Source: Ignavibacteriota bacterium (GTDB lineage: Bacteria > Bacteroidota > Ignavibacteria > Palsa-1295). From it: a stretch of DNA of 64,000 bases. Numbering within the stretch: position 1 is the stretch's first letter; each line of letters starts with the position of its first letter. The position numbers were made by a program, and so were the translations under genes. The DNA lies in NCBI GenBank assembly GCA_963794025.1, contig CAWCCK010000033.1:89836-153835 (forward strand), read 5' to 3'. This document shows, one piece after another, positions 19,451 to 26,697 of this stretch. Below the pieces are notes generated by a model. That model saw nothing but the letters and a program-made list of their open reading frames with translations. It searched no databases and was not told where the DNA came from.

Positions 19451-19592
19451 GTCATTGCGAGGAGAGCATTCTGAGCGTAGTGAAGAATGCTCGACGAAGC
19501 AATCCCCGGCGGGAGGAGCGGGTGATAAAGCTCGCGAGATTGCTTCGTCGAATCGAACTCCCTGCCGGTCGTTCGATTCTCCTCGCAATGAC
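19451..19592. repeat. Family-1 structured repeat
   Basis: Same architecture as 6741. It lies immediately 3' of the dxs stop, with a partial copy at 19421-19435. Confidence 0.85.
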
Positions 19593-19596
19593 GTTC

Positions 19597-21641
19597 TTAT
19601 TGACTTAGTCTAACGGAATTGATTTCCGCACCTTGCCCTGCTTGGACGCACTCGCGTACTTTGTCGCGGATGCCTTCGCGGGTGAGGCCGACATCGGCGA
19701 GCAACCCTGCCGGCGCGCCGTGTTCGATGAAGGTATCGGGCAACCCAATGGCGAACGGATGAGGAATTGCCGATGAGGGGTGCAGGTGGGAACGTTCCGC
19801 GTAAAATTCGGCGACGGCGCTGCCGAAACCGCCGTTAACCGTTCCCTCTTCGAGCGTGATGATATATTTGAACCGCGCGGCCAGCGCATCGAGCAGCGCG
19901 GCATCCAGCGGCTTAACATAGCGTGCATTCGCCACGGCAACGGAAATACCTTCCCGATCTAGAGTCTTCGGCAGCTTTGATGGCATCGTAAAGCAATGGG
20001 CCAACACCGAGGATAACAGCGTCTTGACCATCGCGCATCATTTCGCCTTGACCGATGGGCAGCGTGCGGAACCCTTTATCGGCCAACGCCACGCCAATGC
20101 CCGCGCCGCGAGGGTAGCGTATCGCGATTGGCACCGTGGGAATTACGAATTACGAATTGCGAATTACGAATTGGGGACGATAGGTCATCGGAAGAATCAA
20201 TATTTTCGTTCGTAATTCGTAATTCGTAATTCGTAATTGGCAGCGTAGCAGTATAAAGCATGTCCCTAAGTTCCTGTTCGTCTTTGGGAACCATGATCGT
20301 CATGTTCGGAATGAGGCGGAGATACGCAAGATCGAACGCGCCGTGATGCGTGGGGCCGTCCGCGCCGACGAGTCCGGCGCGATCCATCGCAAACACGACG
20401 TTTAAGTTTTGCAATGCGACATCGTGAATGATCTGATCGAACGCGCGCTGAAGAAACGTTGAGTAGATCGCGCAGACGGGAATGAATCCCTCCGTTGCCA
20501 TTCCTGCGGCAAAGGTGACGGCGTGCTGCTCGGCAATGCCGACATCGAAGAATTTGTCTGGAACTTCTTTTTGCAGGATGTTCAGTCCCGTGCCATCTGG
20601 CATAGCGGCGGTAATGCCAACCACTTTGGGATTCATTTTGCAAATTTCGACCATCGCTTTACCGAATACTTTCGTGTATTCCGGCGGCTGCGGCGCGGTG
20701 ACAGGCTTTGTAACGGCAACGCCGGTGATCTTATCGAACGCGCCGCTCGCGGCATGATATTTCTGCACATGGGACTCCGCAGGCGCGTAGCCGTGTCCTT
20801 TTTCTGTGATGACATGCAGCAAGAGCGGCCCGCTTTGGTTCTCCAAAAATTGAAGCATTTCTACGAGCTTCACCACATTATGCCCGCTGACCGGTCCGAA
20901 ATACTTGAAGCCGAGGGCTTCGAACATCATTCCCGGCGTCATCACGGCTTTCATCGCATCGACGAGTTTGGAACCTGCGTAACGCAAGCGGCTGTGACCA
21001 TCGAGCACATCCCACACCTGATCTTTTATTTTGCGAAGCGCAGGATTGGTGAGGAGGGAATTAAAATGTTCGTGCATCGCCCACACATTCGGCGCAATGG
21101 ACATTTGGTTATCGTTGAGGATGACAAGAATATTCTTCTTCAGCATCCCGCAGTTATTCAACGCCTCGTACGCAATGCCACCGGTCATGGAACCATCTCC
21201 GATCACGGCTGCGACTTTATAGTTCTCTCCATTGTAATCACGCGCGGTTGCAATGCCAAGCGCGGCGCTGATGGAAGTCGATGCATGTCCCGCGCCGAAG
21301 ACATCGTATTCGCTCTCTTCGCGTTTCAGAAATGGCGCGAGGCCGTCTTTTTTGCGAATGGTCGAGAGCCGATCTTTCCTTCCCGTTAAAATTTTGTGCG
21401 GATACGCCTGATGGCCGACATCCCATATCAGCTTATCCTTCGGCGTGTTGAGCGCATAGTGCAGTGCAACGGTCAGCTCGACGACACCCAACCCCGCGCC
21501 GAAATGCCCGCCGGTTTGCGCGATGGTATCGATGAGATATTCGCGCACATCCGCGCTGATGGCTTCGAGATCGCTAACGGGGTGCTTCCGCAGGTCTTCC
21601 GGGGTGTTGATGCGGTCGAGGAGGGGGTAGGAATTCGTCAT
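19597..21641 (-). pseudogene. dxs: 1-deoxy-D-xylulose-5-phosphate synthase, disrupted (heptamer-hairpin insertion plus two +1 frameshifts)
   Basis: Unmistakable Dxs sequence (GGHFGAGLGVVELTVALHY, DVGHQAYPHKILTGR, GDGSMTGG) runs in frame A to ...MLYTATLP. It continues in frame B (TVPIAIRYPRGAG...AIKAAE) and then in frame C (TLDREGISVAVANARYVKPLD...). The shifts are at ~20135-20150 and ~19970-19980. Confidence 0.8.
20140..20238. repeat. Heptamer-arm hairpin element inside dxs
   Basis: The left arm (GAATTAC-type heptamers, 33 nt) is identical to the arm in xseA at 27321-27353. The complementary right arm is ttcgtaattcgtaattcgtaattcgtaatt. About 100 nt are inserted between codons LP and TVPIAIRYPRG. 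Confidence 0.85.
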
Positions 21642-21841
21642 AAGGTGTATGAGTAACGAGTAACGTGTACCGAGTTTGGGTGTTTCAAAACTCGGTATTC
21701 GGTTTCATGGCTCGTTGCTTAGAATAAATCCTCAGAAACAGGGAAAACGTTCACTCTATATTATTGGCCTTTAGAAACTAAGAATTATATTCTTGACGAA
21801 TTGGTTTTGGTCAAATTCAAACCATTTTATTGAACAAATTT

Positions 21842-23602
21842 ATGGAATCAGTCTCACATCCCGGACGGCCCCCCCGCTCTTCAAAACACTTAATAAATAT
21901 TATTGCAACTACACGGCGCAAACAGGTCAAGTCAGGGATTTCAGCATCCTCGCCTGACAATCCTACATATGTCCTATTTCTTGGGGCCGGAGCAAGTGTA
22001 ACAAGTGGAGTAAAAACAACTACTCAGATGATTGATGAATGGCGTGATAGCCTCTGGAAATCGCAAGGTAGCGACGATCGTGAAATATTTTTAAAGCAGT
22101 TCCTTTGGTATGGGCAGCAAGAAGAATATTCGTCATTATTTGAGTTAGTTTATGACCTTCCAAGTCAGCGAAGGGATTATATTGAAACATGTCTTGCAAA
22201 AGCTTCCCCGTCGTGGGGTTATATCTATTTGGTAAATTTTATTCGACACGGAGTGTTTAATACTATTTTTACAACGAATTTCGATGATTTATTGAATGAG
22301 GCTTGTTATAAATTTTCAAGTGAAGTTCGCCCAATTGTTTGCTCCCATGACTCCAGCATTAAAACAATACGAGTGGCTTCTAAAAGGCCTAAAATTATAA
22401 AGCTTCATGGCGATTTCTTATATGATGATATCAAGAATACGTCGAACGAGCTTGAGACTCTCGAGAATAACATGCGAGAGAAATTTAGGCAATACGCAAG
22501 CGAACACGGATTTATTTTTGTGGGATACGGCGGGAATGATCGCTCGATTATGGATGCCCTTAATGTACTTTTGCAAAGCAAAAATAATTTTCCTCATGGG
22601 ATTTATTGGTGTATTTTAAAAGGGTCTAAGATTCATCCAAACGTAGAAGCCCTTACCCGTTTCCCAGCCTTTAATCTTGTTGAGATAGCTGGCTTCGACT
22701 CGTTTTTCGCGGAAATGCGAGGTCGATTAGAACTGGAATTGCAGCCTGAAGTTTTCGATCCATATGTTGCTCTGAGAGACGCATTAAATGGATTCGTTGA
22801 AAAGGCAAAAATTAGTTCCGATGGGAATGAAATCATCGACAAGGATATGGATCGTCTAGCGTCAAATATTGAACGGATGGAGCGTGCATTAGATGGCACT
22901 ACTGAGAAAATGATTTTTGATGCGTCCTCGGATTCAAAGATTCCCGTTCAGCTTGAAGGGAGTATAACGGAAATTCCAGTGCCATTCCGATTTTTGGCAC
23001 AGGCGCAAGAACGAAAAGGCAATATTGAAATTGCCCAAAAATACATGCTTAAACAACTTGATACTGCACCGACGAGGGCAATGTTTGAGGCATCTTTCGA
23101 ACTCCTACTCAAAAAGCCGAATTTGGAATTTCAAGCGAAATTGGTAAAACATCTGTGTGATTCAACCGAGCTTCTTGCAAAAGATTCCTCCTTGGGAGTT
23201 AATATGGCTGTCAAATTGATGGGGATTGAACAATATGATGATGCCGTTAATATTCTCCAGTCGGGATTTGAGGCAAGTAGAAAATCGGACGGGACTTCTG
23301 CCGGGGATCTCGAATTCTATATTATTAACATGGCTCTGATCAAAAGACTCCGTGGGGTGCCACTGACAGAGGAGCAAGTGGGAACCCTGGAGGCTATTGT
23401 GAGTAGAAATGATATTGGGCGCATTACATTTGCTTCGCTACTACTTCTTGATGAGTTCGGAGCGGCCGAGGATGTGCTTAAGAAGTTAATTCTTAACAAA
23501 AAGGCAGAGAAGGAACTTGCTACGGCTCCCATTATGACGTTGATGGCTGGGCATATCACAGACTCGATCGTGATTTCGTGGATTGAAAATTCAACCAAAT
23601 AA
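21842..23602 (+). CDS. SIR2-like (SIR2_2 family) domain protein with ~250-aa alpha-helical C-terminal domain; candidate NADase defence effector
   Basis: Motifs YVLFLGAGASVTSG, IFTTNFDDLLNEA, IIKLHGDF and FVGYGGNDRSIMD are typical of defence-type SIR2 domains. The gene is AT-rich relative to its flanks. The ORF opens at TTG 21830; the first ATG is at 21842. Confidence 0.65.
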   Translation: MESVSHPGRPPRSSKHLINIIATTRRKQVKSGISASSPDNPTYVLFLGAGASVTSGVKTTTQMIDEWRDSLWKSQGSDDREIFLKQFLWYGQQEEYSSLFELVYDLPSQRRDYIETCLAKASPSWGYIYLVNFIRHGVFNTIFTTNFDDLLNEACYKFSSEVRPIVCSHDSSIKTIRVASKRPKIIKLHGDFLYDDIKNTSNELETLENNMREKFRQYASEHGFIFVGYGGNDRSIMDALNVLLQSKNNFPHGIYWCILKGSKIHPNVEALTRFPAFNLVEIAGFDSFFAEMRGRLELELQPEVFDPYVALRDALNGFVEKAKISSDGNEIIDKDMDRLASNIERMERALDGTTEKMIFDASSDSKIPVQLEGSITEIPVPFRFLAQAQERKGNIEIAQKYMLKQLDTAPTRAMFEASFELLLKKPNLEFQAKLVKHLCDSTELLAKDSSLGVNMAVKLMGIEQYDDAVNILQSGFEASRKSDGTSAGDLEFYIINMALIKRLRGVPLTEEQVGTLEAIVSRNDIGRITFASLLLLDEFGAAEDVLKKLILNKKAEKELATAPIMTLMAGHITDSIVISWIENSTK

Positions 23603-23632
23603 AAATGGCGACCTCCACGGTCGCCATTTTTT
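23601..23632 (+). terminator. Rho-independent terminator of the SIR2 gene
   Basis: aaaaatggcgacc tccac ggtcgccattttt is a perfect stem with flanking A and T tracts, and it overlaps the stop codon. Confidence 0.8.
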
Positions 23633-23833
23633 AATTCTCGAATTGAGGGGGTTCGGTAGGCATAAATTATTTTCCTTTCGTAATTCAAAGACAAAAACGG
23701 ATGGGGCTATTCAGTGGTTCCGTCATCCCGCACATCAAAATATTATTAACTGTTGATGGGTTATGGTGCCATCATCTTAACTTACGTTAGACGACAAAAC
23801 CTTATCTTTTTAGACTAAAATCCTCGATTTACA

Positions 23834-23925
23834 AAATTATTACATGCCATAAGTCGTTGTAAGTCAAGCATTTACGGTGTTTTGCAAAATATCTATACTA
23901 TAATACAGATATTTGGGAAAACTAA
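23834..23925. repeat. AT-rich ~90-nt direct repeat, copy 1 (contains palindrome aaatatct...agatattt)
   Basis: It aligns with 23979-24072. The shared core is tttgcaaaatatctata-tata-ta-agatatttgggaaaa. The TTTG ... gATATTTG arrangement resembles a Bacteroidota -33/-7 promoter. Confidence 0.6.
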
Positions 23926-23978
23926 TTCCGTTTTGTTGACACTAATTCCTATTTTCGCAATAAAAAACGGGTTTTCAG

Positions 23979-24072
23979 AAATTATTACAAACTATAACTA
24001 CATGTAAATCAATCGATTAACGTATGTTTGCAAAATATCTATATTATAGTATAGATATTTGGGAAAAGCATT
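23979..24072. repeat. AT-rich ~90-nt direct repeat, copy 2 (perfect 11-bp inverted repeat aaatatctata/tatagatattt)
   Basis: See copy 1. It ends 10 nt before the xseB stop codon. Confidence 0.6.
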
Positions 24073-24081
24073 TCTATGAGA

Positions 24082-24351
24082 TTAAAACAGGCCTTCAGAC
24101 TCGGGCAAATCGTTCATTTCAGAAGTGTCGGAAGTGGTCATTTCCTCATGCACAGCCGCGAGCTTTTCCACGCGTAGCTCGGCATCGGTGAGGACGGATT
24201 TGAGCTTTGCCGAAAGCGTCATCGCTTCTTCATAAAGCGTGAGCATCTCGGCGAGCGGGACGTTGCCCTGTTCCAGCCGATCGACGATGGTGGAAAGGCG
24301 TTCGAATTCGGATTCGAAGGAGGGGGTGGTGTTTTCTTGTTTGCGTGGCAC
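24082..24351 (-). CDS. xseB: Exodeoxyribonuclease VII small subunit
   Basis: 89 aa. FESEFERLSTIVDRLEQGNVPLAEMLTLYEEAMTLSAKLKSVLTDAELRVEKL is the canonical XseB helical pattern. Confidence 0.85.
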   Translation of the reverse strand: MPRKQENTTPSFESEFERLSTIVDRLEQGNVPLAEMLTLYEEAMTLSAKLKSVLTDAELRVEKLAAVHEEMTTSDTSEMNDLPESEGLF

Positions 24352-24394
24352 GATTTATGGAATGACTTACAAATTATATTTTTGTTGAAGGGGG

Positions 24395-25015
24395 TTATCC
24401 TTCCCGCACATTGACTCCAAGAGCATCGGTAAGCCCCTTAATATCGAGAAACATACTGCGATATCGAGTCTTATCGGTCAATTTTTCAGATGGCCTAACG
24501 AATTGAAATCCGAATCTCTCATAAAATTTTGAAACATCATAGACGCGATCAGGAATCTCGGCATCGAATAGAGCATCTACGGTTACAAAACGAACCCCTA
24601 CTTTAGGAGCAATGATCCTTGCGATATATTCTAAAGCCCACTCAACCAACATGGAGCCTACTCCTTTTGCTTCCATATCGCGAGCCAGTCTTCCGATTTT
24701 AACTGCGGGAAGAGTTCCATACGGAATTCCTTCCGATTTGAGCAGATCGTTAGCATCTTTTCTACGGCGAGGTATTGCATCGGCGCATAGGGTTATGTAA
24801 CCGAGCAAACGATCGTTTTCGCGTATAATCCATGCCTTCCCTACATGCTCTTTTACGTCCCGTGCAATGTCGGCATTCCAGTACTCCACAAACTCAGCTC
24901 TATCACAACGAAAACCCCGACCAGAATTAATATGATCGGGGTTCCATAGTTCTATTTCCAATTTCGCGGAGTCAGGCATGCTGTGTTCTCGGATCGCTTC
25001 CAAATTGGTGCTCAT
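24395..25015 (-). CDS. GNAT-family N-acetyltransferase, toxin-like (TacT/KacT-type context)
   Basis: GNAT core: LGYITLCADAI...PAVKIGRLARDMEAKGVGSMLVEWALEYI...FYERFGFQFV. The start is uncertain: ATG 25015, or ATG 24979, which overlaps the stop of the upstream small ORF (ATGCCTGA). Confidence 0.6.
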   Translation of the reverse strand: MSTNLEAIREHSMPDSAKLEIELWNPDHINSGRGFRCDRAEFVEYWNADIARDVKEHVGKAWIIRENDRLLGYITLCADAIPRRRKDANDLLKSEGIPYGTLPAVKIGRLARDMEAKGVGSMLVEWALEYIARIIAPKVGVRFVTVDALFDAEIPDRVYDVSKFYERFGFQFVRPSEKLTDKTRYRSMFLDIKGLTDALGVNVREG

Positions 25016-25166
25016 TGGAATTATTATTCTGCTTTGCAACGATTCGTTCAATCGTTGCGGCATATTCAGCATTGATAATAGGCTTGCCAGTGGACAATGC
25101 CTCTTCAACGGCCTTAGCCTGCTTCTTTGAAAGCGGCTGAGTCACGGTATGTGCTGGATATTTCAT
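24972..25166 (-). CDS. Small ORF upstream of the GNAT gene, possible antitoxin
   Basis: 64 aa, same strand, overlapping the GNAT start region. No recognisable motif; called on position only. Confidence 0.3.
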   Translation of the reverse strand: MKYPAHTVTQPLSKKQAKAVEEALSTGKPIINAEYAATIERIVAKQNNNSNEHQFGSDPRTQHA

Positions 25167-25260
25167 ATTTGCCCGCTCCTTTCTGTAAAATGTTGTTAAA
25201 TTTGACTAATTCCCAAACGAGTAGCTACTCGCCTAAGTTTCATGCCAGTCTGAGTGTTCT

Positions 25261-25345
25261 TTCAATCGAACCTTACCGTAATTCTTCCATCGGCGAAGAT
25301 GAGGATGCCGTTTTTTTCATCGCGCGTGAGGAGTTGCGAGAGGCG
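25261..25345. repeat. 85-bp duplicate of the xseA 3' end (direct repeat with 26697-26781)
   Basis: 81/85 nt are identical to the last 27 codons plus stop of xseA (RLSQLLTRDEKNGILIFADGRITVRFD*). It brackets the 1.35-kb Panacea module. Confidence 0.9.
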
Positions 25346-25435
25346 TTTGAATTCGGATTCCGCGTTGCATTCCATATTAAATTTTTAGGGTATGTAACAA
25401 GTGTTTTTTAAAGCGAAGTAGTATAGGATGGGAGG

Positions 25436-25867
25436 TTATGTGTGCTTTAATTGCGATGGACATACTTCGTGCTCTGGATCCCACCAAAGCAAGCGACAAA
25501 CTGGCCCGAGTCTAATGCCGTGAAACCTTCTCTCACCATCAACTGTAAAGGAAAAAATACTCTCTGTATCATCTTGATTAATTTCTTCAAGCCTTTTTTG
25601 AGCTACTGGCGATAGGCTCGATAAATCAATGGAATGATTTCGTTTACCCTTAATCTCTGACCATTTCATACTCTCGAATTTTTTAATTCGATCAAGAATA
25701 GCATTGAAGTCATCCATGCTCATTTTAGTAAAACACCACGGGCCGCCAATATCAATAATTTGGAACGACCATGTCGGCTTCTCATCATCAGAACTACCCT
25801 GAGGTGCACGAGGTAACTTTTTCTCGTACTCACTAAGTACCGATTTGGGTTTCAGGTTTCCACCCAT
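25436..25867 (-). CDS. Uncharacterised 143-aa protein, putative toxin partner of the Panacea antitoxin
   Basis: Its ATG lies 1 nt after the stop of the upstream DUF4065 gene. The C-terminal segment IFSFTVDGERRFHGIRLGPVCRLLWWDPEHEVCP is reminiscent of RelE/ParE-fold toxins. This is an impression only. Confidence 0.45.
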   Translation of the reverse strand: MGGNLKPKSVLSEYEKKLPRAPQGSSDDEKPTWSFQIIDIGGPWCFTKMSMDDFNAILDRIKKFESMKWSEIKGKRNHSIDLSSLSPVAQKRLEEINQDDTESIFSFTVDGERRFHGIRLGPVCRLLWWDPEHEVCPSQLKHT

Positions 25868-25868
25868 C

Positions 25869-26345
25869 TTATCCCGGCAATGCGCTATAATACTCCATTA
25901 TGGCTTCATTCGTAATTTCGTTGTTTCCTCTCTCGCCGTCCGCAAGTCCGATTCGGGCGTTTCTCCATGGGTCTTCTCGGTGAGTAAGATCACTAAGCCA
26001 TTGCGAATCATGTTTTGCATAAAAAGCAATTATTCGGTCGATTGTGTCAGTCTGAGCTTGAGTAAGTTTCTTTGGATCGCCAGAGCATGAACGGATACTG
26101 TAAAATCCTTTATTAGCGAAATATAGGCTCGGTATAACGGGTCCATTTGCCCATGCCTCTATGCGGTCATTGAAAAGAGGCTTCTCGTCCCAAACCAACG
26201 ACCACACATGAGAATAATAGGTGAGCTTTTGTAGCTTTACGGCGGGAATTTCTCCCGTTTTTGAAAGAATATAGGACGCAACATCAAAAGCGTTAATGGA
26301 TGTAATTACTTCATTCGGCGCTTTCTCTGGATTTGATCGGCTCAT
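25869..26345 (-). CDS. Panacea (DUF4065/SocA-like) domain antitoxin
   Basis: VKLQKLTYYSHVWSLVWDEKPLFNDRIEAWANGPVIPSLY matches the conserved core of the DUF4065/Panacea domain. Confidence 0.65.
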   Translation of the reverse strand: MSRSNPEKAPNEVITSINAFDVASYILSKTGEIPAVKLQKLTYYSHVWSLVWDEKPLFNDRIEAWANGPVIPSLYFANKGFYSIRSCSGDPKKLTQAQTDTIDRIIAFYAKHDSQWLSDLTHREDPWRNARIGLADGERGNNEITNEAIMEYYSALPG

Positions 26346-26697
26346 TCTAAGAACAGAAAATATGTTTGACGAAAGGTTCCCTTTGTTGTTTTTGTAGTGT
26401 TTGTAACTTCATGTTTCTTTAGCTAAAGAAACACGAAGTGGGTTAAGTTACGTTCCTAATGATATTATACCCTTTTTGTTCATCTAAACTACAATAATGA
26501 TGGTAAACCTGTTCCCATTCCGTATCTTTCAATACTTTATGGACTTTTATGATGAATGGTGATTCCGAAATTATTCGGATTCGTAAGGTGACTCGTTTAG
26601 TACCTCAAGGAGAGGCAGAAGAGAGCAAAAAATGCCGAAGATTTGCATTAATACCTGTTGTAACAAGAATGCAAGAAGCAATTCATTATTATGGCTT

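Noticed and set aside
20140-20238. Intein, group I/II intron or programmed ribosomal bypass as the explanation for the in-gene hairpin elements
   Set aside because: The elements are far too short and lack intein blocks and intron catalytic structures. In xseA and glgP they are simply in-frame. Bypass in dxs cannot be excluded but has no specific support (no take-off/landing codon pair identified), so it is mentioned only as a remote alternative.
20523-21389. 288-aa + strand ORF and other ORFs overlapping dxs
   Set aside because: They are antisense or out of frame relative to an unmistakable Dxs reading frame and have non-protein-like composition.
25127-25411. 94-aa + strand ORF between the GNAT module and the 143-aa gene
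   Set aside because: It runs antisense across the 85-bp relic of the xseA 3' end. It is explained by the duplication, not by a gene.
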